24,010 nt of DNA from an uncultured Candidatus Bathyarchaeia archaeon (lineage in GTDB: Archaea > Thermoproteota > Bathyarchaeia > Bathyarchaeales > Bathycorpusculaceae), in NCBI GenBank assembly GCA_964450845.1, contig CAYVGZ010000001.1, forward strand, positions 172,604-196,613. Reading direction: 5' to 3'. Shown here piece by piece: positions 6,129 to 14,050 of this stretch; within the stretch, counting starts at the first letter, position 1, and each line of letters opens with the position of its first letter. The notes beneath the pieces are model-generated. The model worked only from the letters and a program-made list of their open reading frames with translations, had not been told where the DNA came from and ran no database searches. Position numbers and translations under genes: made by a program.

Positions 6129-6650
6129 TTAGTCTTTTATTCCAAATAGGGATCGAGTGAATTTTGAGAAAAATGCGAAGAATCCGAAGATTAGAACTGC
6201 GGTAATAAAGCAGCCCCACATAGCTATTTTTCCTGCTTTGTTATGTAGAGAGGTTCCAATTTTTTCTGCTTTCTTCTCGATTCTGTCTAGAATTTCGTGA
6301 AGCTTTTTATCCACGTTATAACTCCTTGAAATATGCCAAGAGAGGGAGTTGAACTCCCATGCTAATTTAGCAATAGAGCTTGAGTCTATCGCGTCTGCTT
6401 GGTTCTGAACATAGCCCTCGTCTATTTTCCTGTTCATCTTTGACTGTGCTTCGGAACAGGCCTGATTGTAAGGAGTAGTCTCATTGGATTTTCCAATGTT
6501 CTTACCCTTTACGTATTTTGAGTCAGTTGTTAGTGCACCATCAATGTATCCATGAGATGTGACAAGACAACCAGAATCAGCAACATCAGCTTTCCAGACT
6601 TTTATCTTGCCTGTTGAAGCCTTAGCATAAAGTGGGCCAAACGATTTCAT
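6129..6650 (-). CDS. DNA-ligase-type N-terminal (WGR-like) domain fused to a membrane-anchored tail; no ligase catalytic domain
   Basis: LYAKASTGKIKVW...HGYIDG...GKNIGKSNETTPYNQACSEAQS...KIDEGY is the leader domain of many phage ATP-dependent ligases; C-terminal hydrophobic helix. Confidence 0.65.
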   Translation of the reverse strand: MKSFGPLYAKASTGKIKVWKADVADSGCLVTSHGYIDGALTTDSKYVKGKNIGKSNETTPYNQACSEAQSKMNRKIDEGYVQNQADAIDSSSIAKLAWEFNSLSWHISRSYNVDKKLHEILDRIEKKAEKIGTSLHNKAGKIAMWGCFITAVLIFGFFAFFSKFTRSLFGIKD

Positions 6651-6958
6651 CTCGTTTCCTTTATAACTGTATGAGTTATCATAAACTTATATTTATCTCT
6701 ACTCATAAAATCTTCAGATTTTTCAAGTTGCCGTTTAAAGAATTTGAATGTAATTCTTCTTATTGAACATAGTTCTTCGTCTTTTTTATAAAAGATATGA
6801 TGTTCAAAACTATATCCTTCTGATACTACCGATGCTCGTATCCTTCTTAGTTTTTTATTATGGCTAAGAATATTTGTATAGACTCTTGGAGCACTTGGGT
6901 TTTCATCGGTACGTCTGTAACTGTAACAGTCGCCTGGTCGTAGGTCTGAGAATTTCAT
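6647..6958 (-). CDS. Hypothetical protein
   Basis: RBS AGGA; ATGA overlap with the next gene; MKFSDLRPGD start. Confidence 0.75.
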   Translation of the reverse strand: MKFSDLRPGDCYSYRRTDENPSAPRVYTNILSHNKKLRRIRASVVSEGYSFEHHIFYKKDEELCSIRRITFKFFKRQLEKSEDFMSRDKYKFMITHTVIKETR

Positions 6959-6971
6959 TTTTATTCCTGCC

Positions 6972-7247
6972 TTATTTCTGTTGCGTTTTTATAAATTCCT
7001 GTAGGTGTCGTTTGCAGATCACCTCAGTCTTTGTGCCAGATGCAGTTCTACCATCCAATGCGAATAAGTTTCCACGATTTGCTTGGTCTAATTCAAGCTT
7101 TCTGGCTTTATAGTCATTTCCTATTTTCTGACGTTGTTCTACGGTCATTGAATAATACGAAGCAGGAAATGTCTGCCCACAAGTTGCGTCATATGCTTCT
7201 TAGTCGCACATTCTGCACGAGCTTTTATTAGTCTTTCGTATGTTCAT
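6972..7247 (-). pseudogene. Putative Zn-binding protein with one in-frame TAA
   Basis: MNIRKTNKSSCRMCD*EAYDATCGQ...VICKRHLQEFIKTQQK*; same frame both sides of the stop; RBS AGGA. Confidence 0.6.
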
Positions 7248-7272
7248 GATTATCCTACGAATTCTGCTTAAT

Positions 7273-7452
7273 CTACCATGTGACAAGGATGCGCTTTACT
7301 GTTTCTTTCTTATCACATTCATTGTCGCAGTAAATCTTTCCACTCTCTTGCCAGAACATGTACTCTCCAAAACCTCGTCCTTTCTCACTCCATTGGATAG
7401 AGATGGGATGGTATAGGTGAGGCTTAATCCTGAATCCTATGTTTTCTTCCAT
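7273..7452 (-). CDS. Small phage hypothetical protein (59 aa)
   Basis: RBS AAGGAG; MEENIGF...GRGFGEYMFWQESGKIYCDNEC...; C-terminus possibly frameshifted. Confidence 0.65.
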   Translation of the reverse strand: MEENIGFRIKPHLYHPISIQWSEKGRGFGEYMFWQESGKIYCDNECDKKETVKRILVTW

Positions 7453-7506
7453 CTCCTTAAGATAAATGGTACCCCGAGAGGGACTCGAACCCCCGACCTA
7501 CTGATT

Positions 7507-7988
7507 CACGTTTGTGTTAGTTTCCTAACTCCGTGGACTATGTCTTCTCCATTTCAGGAGTGTCGCGTGTAGTCTCTACGGTACCTGAAGAAAATCATTT
7601 GCTAGATTTACACCTAGTGTTTGATTATTCTTAGAAGCACTTACCCTCAAGCTTATAGATTTACTGTATTTAGATGGGTCAACATAATACACTTTGTCTG
7701 TCTCAGGACAGTTTTATCCAGCAACAAGATCAAATGGAGCATGTTCTGTTGCTGGGTTTAAAGTGATCCATCCTTTTTGATATAAATCTGCTTGAGCCTT
7801 CAGTACTCCTATATCTCCCTTATCCTTTGTGTGGTGTCTCATACTATCACCTCCTGGTAATAATATAGACTAACGGATTAGGAGATAGTCAGTTACCTCG
7901 GCGTTGGCATAGTTTCCCCTTAGCTTTCACCGATATAGCGACATGCACCTAATAGGTTCCTTTTCCCTATTAGGGTCCAATTTTACTT
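7507..7988 (-). mobile_element. Group I self-splicing intron (482 nt) inserted after U36
   Basis: 5' exon ends in U and intron ends in G; core elements AUAUCGGUGAAAGC, AACGCCGAG, CCGUAGAGACUAC (R) and AAGACAUAGUCC (S); IGS UUGGA can pair with UCU|AA. Confidence 0.9.
7576..7842 (-). pseudogene. Intron-encoded PD-(D/E)XK homing endonuclease remnant
   Basis: RBS AGGAGGTG; MRHHTKDKGDIG...PFDLVAG*NCPETDKVYYV...SLRV...KNNQ resembles both ends of the I-Ssp6803I-like family with the (D/E)xK core missing. Confidence 0.72.
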
Positions 7989-8029
7989 AGAAATCAGTTA
8001 TTCTATCCAACTGAATTATCGGGGCACAA

Positions 8030-8953
8030 TTAACCGTTTTCATCTTTTACATATACTACTTTAAGCTCTTCTTCTTTAGCAGTGATTGGTCCAATTACTA
8101 ATGCTGAGTTGTCAGCAACCAAGACATACTGATATCCTGTTATTTGATCAAAGTTAATGCTATCAATCACCCATTCAAACGATGTTCCTTTAGTTACGTA
8201 TTATTCTTTATAAAAATAGGCGTGTGGCTTTCTTTTCAGTTCTTCTTGTCTTCTTACATCGCCATTGTCAAGCGTGTAGAAGTATGTGTCTTCTTCATCT
8301 CTGAATTCAACTGATACTGTCTTGCATAGCAAGTTAGTTGGAGTAATCACTTCTTCATCTGTGCCGAAGGATTGTACTGGATGATATTCTTGATACTCGT
8401 TATCTGAATGCCAAAGCTTTAGTCTTCTGTGTTCCTTACATACAGTCTTAAGCCAATGCCCTGTAGTGCATAATTTGGCAGGTTTACCACAGACTTCACA
8501 GATTGAAAAAGACTTCTTTTCTGCTTCATCGATAACATCATGAATCTGTTTACCGTCTTTCGATTCTCCGCTTTCAAATGACCCGACATTTAGAATGTCT
8601 AGTCTTATTGGAGTTCCGCTAGTGTAAAACCTTAGGCCGCCAAGCTTTTCCTTAATCTGATGAATTTGTACAATCTTGTCTTTATCAAGTTCTTGTATTT
8701 TTCCCATCAAGTCATCTAGAAGGTCATACCATCCATCATCGTGTTCGAAACCAAATACGATTGGATAGTAGCTGCCTATGGCTCGTTGCTCTTCTTTTAA
8801 TTGAGCAATCTTGACTTCGTCTTTCTCTGCCCTTGCCTTTGTTAGCTCACTTGTTAGTTCTTCATGTCTGTTTAGGATTTGAGTTGAGCGATCCTTCTCC
8901 GCAAACATATACTTATATTTCTCTATAAGTTTGTGTTCAAGTTCCTTTTTCAT
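8030..8953 (-). CDS. Conserved phage hypothetical protein (250 aa to the TAA at 8201) with a 56-codon in-frame extension
   Basis: QIKEKLGGLRFY...CEVCGKP...WLKTVCKEH signature; frame stays open from 8200 to 8030 with a repeat-like second C-terminal domain. Confidence 0.8.
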
Positions 8954-8968
8954 GTGTCCTCCTAAAAT

Positions 8969-9044
8969 TGGTACACCCAGTAGGGGTCGAACCTACGACC
9001 TTGACATTAAGAGTGTCCTGCTCTACCAACTGAGCTATGGGTGC
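8969..9044 (-). tRNA. tRNA-Lys (CTT)
   Basis: Full cloverleaf, loop CTCTTAA, encoded CCA. Confidence 0.95.
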
Positions 9045-9051
9045 ATAATTA

Positions 9052-9129
9052 TGGTACCCGCTGAGAGATTTGAACCCCCGACTCTCTCGATGTAAACGAG
9101 ATGCTCTATACCAACTGAGCTAAGCAGGC
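9052..9129 (-). tRNA. tRNA-Val (TAC)
   Basis: Full cloverleaf, CTCG-TTTACAT-CGAG, encoded CCA. Confidence 0.93.
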
Positions 9130-9359
9130 ATTATTTCTTTTTCTTCTTCTCCATTTTTTGTAATTTTCTGGATTAGATAGATATGTCTTCATATATTTTT
9201 TTCTTTGCGGATTATTTTCTCTTTCACAATCTTTACAGCACGAATTGTATTCGCCAAGAGGCCTTCTTTTATTTTTATGTCGTGCAAACTCTGATAATGG
9301 CTTTACACTTTGAGCATATGGCTTCATTTTCTGTAATGTACCAATTTATGTTTTGGCAT
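9106..9359 (-). pseudogene. Remnant of an HNH/endonuclease-VII-type homing endonuclease (N-terminal zinc module only)
   Basis: ICSKCK in one frame and KPLSEF...NSCCKDC in the next; no nuclease core; ORF runs into tRNA-Val. Confidence 0.55.
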
Positions 9360-9422
9360 GTATTAGGCCTTATTGCTATTTAACTACATGTATTCGTAAG
9401 TCTAGACCAGCCATCTTTCCCT

Positions 9423-9797
9423 CTAATGCTGCCATTTCATATGAGCGTGCACTGGCTCATGATGCTCGTGTACATAGTTTCTGTATTGTTCAGTTGCCCA
9501 TGTCTGGGCAGTAGAAATGAGGTCTTCAGCAGTTCCTTTTACAGCAGTCCAACCATTTTTCGTGCAAAGAGCCTCATCGCCTTTCTGCTCACATAGAAAG
9601 AATTTCTGTTCTGATTGGACAGTAATTCCATCCTTGTTCATGACAGTTGCCTTGACTGTACCATCGGGCTGAGACTCAAGCGTGCCATGTTCTGTAGCGT
9701 ATTCATCGATTATCTTTTGTGATATCTCGATCTTTGTTCGCTTAAATGGCAGGCTGACTACTCTTTTCTTTCCTTGGAACTGCACATTGCATGTCAT
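9423..9797 (-). CDS. Hypothetical protein
   Basis: RBS AGGAG; 124 aa; relatively GC-rich. Confidence 0.75.
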   Translation of the reverse strand: MTCNVQFQGKKRVVSLPFKRTKIEISQKIIDEYATEHGTLESQPDGTVKATVMNKDGITVQSEQKFFLCEQKGDEALCTKNGWTAVKGTAEDLISTAQTWATEQYRNYVHEHHEPVHAHMKWQH

Positions 9798-9960
9798 CTT
9801 TTTTTCTCCTGGAAAAGTAAGTTGTAGTAGGAGTCGGGTATAATTTGAAGATAAAATGATTATTTATCAGGCATAGTAAAAACCCGCCACATAACATGTA
9901 CCAAAATGAAAGCTTAAGTGCAACTTAGTATGTATGGTAGGATAGCTAGGAGTATTACTG

Positions 9961-10572
9961 CTATCGTATGTGTTTTGCCCATGACCCATCCTTAAATCTA
10001 ATGTCTGGTAAACCTATTGTTTCGAGTATTGCATCAACAACTTCACCCCAGTATCCACAGAAGTCGTGACCTGCTATGTAACCTCCTTTTTTGATCTTTG
10101 GCAGCCAACGATTGATATCGTCTCTCATTGGTCCAAGTTTATGTATAGCATCAAGATATACAACATCAAGGCTTCCATCTTGCGTTTCTAGTGCTGCTCT
10201 TTCGCTTGTGGCTACTACGGGGTAGATATTGTGGAAACCTTGGATTCTGTGGGCAAAGCTAGCTTCAACCAACTCCATTGGAAATATGCTTGATGACAAA
10301 TCATCGTCGTCATACCCATTTTTCCAAGGATCGATAGCGTAGACGTTTCCAGCTATCATTGCGAATGCTACAGTCGATTCTCCAGCATAGCATCCTACTT
10401 CAGCCATTGAGAAGCCTTTTGGCATTACACTTCTTAACCAGAAGCAGAAGTCTAAAAGACCTTCTTTTGACTGTAGTCCCCATTTTCCAATTCCGCTTCT
10501 CTCTGTAGTTACTATATCATTAATTAGCTGAATTGGCGAGGCTGGGTCATAGTTCTTTTTTTCTAGTGGCAT
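9961..10572 (-). CDS. Class I SAM-dependent methyltransferase (Methyltransf_24-like)
   Basis: MAEVGCYAGESTV, YAIDPW, LDVVYLDAIH, IKKGGYIAGHDF; start at ATG 10572 behind GGAGG. Confidence 0.88.
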   Translation of the reverse strand: MPLEKKNYDPASPIQLINDIVTTERSGIGKWGLQSKEGLLDFCFWLRSVMPKGFSMAEVGCYAGESTVAFAMIAGNVYAIDPWKNGYDDDDLSSSIFPMELVEASFAHRIQGFHNIYPVVATSERAALETQDGSLDVVYLDAIHKLGPMRDDINRWLPKIKKGGYIAGHDFCGYWGEVVDAILETIGLPDIRFKDGSWAKHIR

Positions 10573-10583
10573 TAGGTCCTCCT

Positions 10584-10664
10584 TCAAGTACTTTGTACAG
10601 CGATATGCTTTCCGTTAATTTTATCCTGTCTTGGATCTTTACATGAACAACGAATTAGAGCCAT
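10584..10664 (-). pseudogene. Truncated small Cys protein (MALIRCSCKDPRQDKINGK...)
   Basis: Strong RBS AAGGAG; YRCT appears in another frame, suggesting an internal deletion. Confidence 0.4.
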
Positions 10665-10760
10665 GATATTCTCCTTTTTTTAAAAAGACTAGGGTAAAGG
10701 CTAGGCGAGATTTAAAAAGTACTACTGGGATTACCTCTCCTCCTGCAGCACAATTACCCT

Positions 10761-10789
10761 AGCTTATGTTCGTATAAATAAACTGTCAA
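10761..10789 (-). promoter_or_regulatory. Sigma70-type promoter candidate
   Basis: TTGACA, 17-nt spacer, TAAGCT. Confidence 0.5.
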
Positions 10790-10799
10790 AGATCTTATT

Positions 10800-10874
10800 T
10801 GGAGTCCCTACTGAGAGTCGAACTCAGAAGCTATGAATTTGCAGTTCAAGCACCTTCCACTTGATGACAGGGAC
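10800..10874 (-). tRNA. tRNA-Cys (GCA)
   Basis: GTCCCTG/TAGGGAC acceptor, U73, TGAA-CTGCAAA-TTCA, encoded CCA. Confidence 0.92.
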
Positions 10875-10883
10875 TGTTATAAT

Positions 10884-10904
10884 AAAAAAGGGACCTTTGG
10901 TCCC
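10884..10904 (-). terminator. Intrinsic terminator
   Basis: GGGACC-AAA-GGUCCC followed by U6. Confidence 0.7.
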
Positions 10905-10917
10905 CTGTATACTCATT

Positions 10918-11273
10918 TTAGACAATATGATCGCAATGGGACCTTAACTGAAGTTCCTTTTCCAGCATCTTACGACTGTTAACATATTGATCATAGTATT
11001 ACCGTTACTGTTATGTCTTGTTTGTCTTCACAGATATCCTCAACCTCATATCTTCGTTTTTCGAAATGGTTGATTATCTGGTCAGTAGTATAGCCTTTTC
11101 TTAAGCTAATTACTGCAAATGGTCCCGTTTTCATATTTGGATATTTTATCATCCGCTGCTGTATGCAGGACTTTAAAGCTCCGTCCACATTCTACTTTCT
11201 CTGGGCTATTAATGGTTCTCTTTCTTTCTTCGTCTGAATATCTTATTATTGATGGTGGGAGCTGATTTAACAT
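10918..11273 (-). pseudogene. Probable frameshifted hypothetical gene (includes ORF 10991-11188)
   Basis: Three consecutive protein-like frames: MLNQLPP...KYENGT / FAVISLRKGY...ITV / YYDQYVNSRK...HIV*. Confidence 0.35.
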
Positions 11274-11339
11274 CTACGCTTAGTTTAGTAGAACGACTTA
11301 AGTTTAAAGACCAATTAATAGGTCAAATACAAGCTAAAT

Positions 11340-11423
11340 TGGATTAAGTAAGATTCGAACTTACAAAGGCGCGAACCGTCGGATCTACAGTCCGATGAAA
11401 TTTTTCCATATTTCAACTAATTC
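11340..11423 (-). tRNA. Divergent tRNA-Tyr (GTA), CCA not encoded
   Basis: TCGGA-CTGTAGA-TCCGA anticodon arm, variable arm, GTAAG-TTCGAAT-CTTAC; A2.C71 mismatch and atypical AT-rich D arm. Confidence 0.75.
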
Positions 11424-11441
11424 GCTACCACTATTATACTC

Positions 11442-11891
11442 TTAAACTTTGAGGCTTTCCAGTTTGGTCATCAAAATTACTGGAGTCTTGTGGGCCTGAA
11501 TTCCAATATCCTTACGTTCCCACAGAAGCTTTGTTCCGCGAATTACGATTTTCGGATCCTCCAGCTGAAAGAATTTCCTTGCTCTGTTGGCGTAGAAACC
11601 AAGTACTTTGGTTACTCCTCGAGGGAGAAAGTTCTTGATGTGTTTGAGGTCACTCGTAATAATTGTTTCTCGGGTGCCTGCTGCGAATTCTTGATTCAGG
11701 CAGTTAAGCCTTGCTTCTGTGATAGAGTTTCCTGTCTTCTTGCAGTATGTTTCAAGATATGGATGCGGTTTGCTAATCACACATAGCAGGGTACCTTCTG
11801 CTCCAAGTTCTTTTTCCATTCCAAATCGTACTGTAAAGACTGGCGTCTTGTCTTTCGCACTCTTACGTGCGTGAAATACTATGCTTTCCAT
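11442..11891 (-). CDS. Hypothetical protein
   Basis: 149 aa; TAATG-coupled to the upstream acidic peptide. Confidence 0.8.
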   Translation of the reverse strand: MESIVFHARKSAKDKTPVFTVRFGMEKELGAEGTLLCVISKPHPYLETYCKKTGNSITEARLNCLNQEFAAGTRETIITSDLKHIKNFLPRGVTKVLGFYANRARKFFQLEDPKIVIRGTKLLWERKDIGIQAHKTPVILMTKLESLKV

Positions 11892-12040
11892 TAGTCATCC
11901 TCTTCGTTTTCGTCAAAAAGATTGTTGTCATCATCGTCATTTTCTAACGTGTCAAAATCGTCGAAATCGTCTTCGTCACCGAAGAAGATATCGTCATCAT
12001 CTAGCCCAAGAACATCTTCGTCTGAGTCTTTTGGTACCAT
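11891..12040 (-). CDS. Extremely acidic 49-aa peptide
   Basis: RBS AAAGGAG; MVPKDSDEDVLGLDDDDIFFGDEDDFDDFDTLENDDDDNNLFDENEEDD*; TAATG coupling. Confidence 0.75.
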   Translation of the reverse strand: MVPKDSDEDVLGLDDDDIFFGDEDDFDDFDTLENDDDDNNLFDENEEDD

Positions 12041-12070
12041 ATTCTCTCCTTTAGAATGTGGATATGAAAG

Positions 12071-12493
12071 TCAGGATTGATTTGAAAATTTATTGATGAG
12101 AGCTATAATTTCATTTCTGGTTCGTTTTATGTTTCCTTGAATATATGAAACTGCTTTAGCCTTATTTTTCCAGTTAATGACTGCTACTTCATCTCTGTAG
12201 TTGTCGTCTACATGAATGTCTATTGCAAGTTCATCTATAACTGTTGTTTTCCATTGGTACTCAGTAAAATGTATTTTGGTAATACCGAGGTTTTTAGCTA
12301 TTCTATATAGCTCATCGTGCAAATGTTCTGCTTCTTTCGGAGAGCTTTTCGCCCATTCATACTTTAAAGGATCTGAATATCTTGTGGTTAGAATGCAGAC
12401 ATCATAACCTTGGTCTATCAATTCTTTAGCTAATACCTGAACTTCCAAATGTTCGAGGGTACCATCAAAATCGAAGCTTATCGTTGGTCTCAT
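12071..12493 (-). CDS. HAD-superfamily phosphatase
   Basis: Motif I SFDFDGTL, motif II ILTTR, K, motif IV IHVDDN. Confidence 0.85.
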   Translation of the reverse strand: MRPTISFDFDGTLEHLEVQVLAKELIDQGYDVCILTTRYSDPLKYEWAKSSPKEAEHLHDELYRIAKNLGITKIHFTEYQWKTTVIDELAIDIHVDDNYRDEVAVINWKNKAKAVSYIQGNIKRTRNEIIALINKFSNQS

Positions 12494-12513
12494 GATTTAT
12501 CTCTGAAAGATGA

Positions 12514-12589
12514 TGGAGCCACCAGAGGGACTCAAACCCCCGACCATTCGATTACAAATCGAACGCTCTATCAACTGAGCTATGGTGGC
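12514..12589 (-). tRNA. tRNA-Thr (TGT)
   Basis: TTCGA-TTTGTAA-TCGAA, GCCACCA/TGGTGGC, encoded CCA; A19 and U56 instead of G19 and C56. Confidence 0.93.
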
Positions 12590-12590
12590 A

Positions 12591-12827
12591 TTATTCGTCT
12601 ACGTTTCTTCTTCCGAACATCGCAGGGACAGTAAGTCTTTTTCGTGTTCGGAACACGCTATACGTCTTTGGATCATACTCGTTATTGTTTTTGGTATGAA
12701 AACCTGTAGCACTAGGTCCTTTACCAAACGTAGTTTTGTATGCTTTATAGTCTAAGTAAAATGAACTAGAACTTGTATAGCTCTTTTTTCTACCTAGACA
12801 TGCTAGGATCAAATGTGATGGTAGCAT
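12591..12827 (-). CDS. Basic hypothetical protein (78 aa)
   Basis: Fills the gap between tRNA-Pro and tRNA-Thr; weak RBS. Confidence 0.5.
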   Translation of the reverse strand: MLPSHLILACLGRKKSYTSSSSFYLDYKAYKTTFGKGPSATGFHTKNNNEYDPKTYSVFRTRKRLTVPAMFGRRNVDE

Positions 12828-12844
12828 GTGTCTTTCAAAGAATT

Positions 12845-12920
12845 TGGTCAGGGTGGGCAGACTCGAACTGCCGATAGCCACGTCCCAAACGTGGTGCCAT
12901 AGCCTCTAGGCGACACCCTG
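12845..12920 (-). tRNA. tRNA-Pro (TGG)
   Basis: CAGGGTG/CACCCTG, CCACG-TTTGGGA-CGTGG, encoded CCA. Confidence 0.95.
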
Positions 12921-13226
12921 ATTATAATGGATTTCTCTATGACAATTTGAACATACTATATCACATTTTTCAATTTCTTCTTTTATCTTTTTCCAAGAAG
13001 ATCTTCCATGTGATGCAATATCAAACTCTTTATTGTTTTCAGTGTGATGAAAATCTAAACAGTACCATCTAGATTCTCCACATTTGCATGAATGCTCAGC
13101 TTTATATTTCTGGATCCATTCGCGAATCTCTACTCTTTTTTTCTTTTTATAGCTTTGAGTTTTATCTTTATGGTTATTATACCATCTTCTCCACGCTTCT
13201 CTTTTTTTATCTTGATTCTTATACAT
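12906..13226 (-). CDS. Free-standing HNH endonuclease
   Basis: CKCGE...LDFHH...KCDIVCSNCHREIH; RBS GAGGTG; last codons overlap the tRNA-Pro 5' end. Confidence 0.88.
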   Translation of the reverse strand: MYKNQDKKREAWRRWYNNHKDKTQSYKKKKRVEIREWIQKYKAEHSCKCGESRWYCLDFHHTENNKEFDIASHGRSSWKKIKEEIEKCDIVCSNCHREIHYNQGVA

Positions 13227-13378
13227 ATCACCTCTTGGTGATATGTATAAGCATTTGGTATCAAGAAATGTATCAAATCCTAGGCTGCGCTACACCCCGT
13301 AATTTCTATTATAGTCTATTTATTTTCTTCTGATTTAGGAGCTTCAAGTGTTTCTAGAGTTCGAATTCTTTTTTCCAG

Positions 13379-13663
13379 TCATTCATCACTCTTCGCTACT
13401 TCATCTGGATGCTCTATTTGTAATTCTGATATTTCTTTGTCATCGAAAACTTCGCAGTAAACGTCGTCATCCTTAAAACGTATTTGTCCTCGTGAGTCTT
13501 TCGGTTTATTTGGTATAAGGATAACGCAGTTTAGTTCTTTCGCTGGTGCCGCTACATCCTCTTTACATTGAATAAAACATTTTCCAGTTTTGATGAATGT
13601 AGTTCCGTCGATATCATTGAAGATATCTCCGACGTTAAGTCTTAGAAATGGTGCTGGTTTCAT
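13379..13663 (-). CDS. Hypothetical protein (94 aa)
   Basis: Start at ATG 13663 behind GAGGT; the upstream part of the ORF-track call is tRNA-Gln. Confidence 0.75.
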   Translation of the reverse strand: MKPAPFLRLNVGDIFNDIDGTTFIKTGKCFIQCKEDVAAPAKELNCVILIPNKPKDSRGQIRFKDDDVYCEVFDDKEISELQIEHPDEVAKSDE

Positions 13664-13677
13664 ATTACCTCTTGGAA

Positions 13678-13753
13678 TGGCTGGGGTGGGAGGATTCGAA
13701 CCTTCGACTATTGGCTCCAAAGGCCAACGCTCTACCAACTGAGCTACACCCCA
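13678..13753 (-). tRNA. tRNA-Gln (TTG)
   Basis: U1-A72, G73, TTGGC-CTTTGGA-GCCAA, encoded CCA. Confidence 0.93.
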
Positions 13754-13769
13754 ATTGATGTTATTATAG

Positions 13770-14042
13770 TTAGTTAGTTACTCCTATATACTTTATATTG
13801 TCGAGCTTGAACTCAGTATCCTCGATATTTGACTTGAATGCTTTTCTTATCTTTTCGAGTTCGTCAAATTCAAGTTTCTTTGAAGTAGTCATTTTCAATG
13901 TAATTGGCATTGCTGTGGTCACTTTATCTTTTAGTCCGCTCATTTCTTGGAATGTCTTGTTTATTTTAGCCATTATCTTTCCAACATTTTCACCTTGTTT
14001 AGAAAGATCGACAAGTAGTATCACGTCGTATATGTGTTTCAT
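13770..14042 (-). CDS. Hypothetical protein
   Basis: RBS AGGAG; 90 aa. Confidence 0.78.
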   Translation of the reverse strand: MKHIYDVILLVDLSKQGENVGKIMAKINKTFQEMSGLKDKVTTAMPITLKMTTSKKLEFDELEKIRKAFKSNIEDTEFKLDNIKYIGVTN

Positions 14043-14050
14043 GGATGCTC

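Larger units (their letters stand above)
7467..8025 (-). tRNA. tRNA-Arg (TCT) split by an intron (5' exon 8025-7989, 3' exon 7506-7467)
   Basis: Joined exons give a full 77-nt cloverleaf: GCCCCGA/TCGGGGT, ACTGA-TTTCTAA-TCAGT, TTCGAGT, encoded CCA. Confidence 0.92.

Noticed and set aside
7200-8203. TAA reassigned to an amino acid (in-frame TAAs at about 7200, about 7715 and 8201)
   Set aside because: TAA is the commonest true stop in the window, directly before tRNAs and the tmRNA and in TAATG couplings; nonsense mutation or error is simpler
13316-13381. TGA read-through (SDE*LEKRIRTLETLE...) implying genetic code 4 or 25
   Set aside because: TGA acts as a stop in ATGA overlaps at 3998-4001 and 6647-6650, and Trp is encoded by TGG throughout
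13664-13738. N-terminal extensions of ORFs 13379-13738 and 12591-12881
   Set aside because: They are translations of tRNA-Gln and tRNA-Pro sequence; downstream ATGs are better starts
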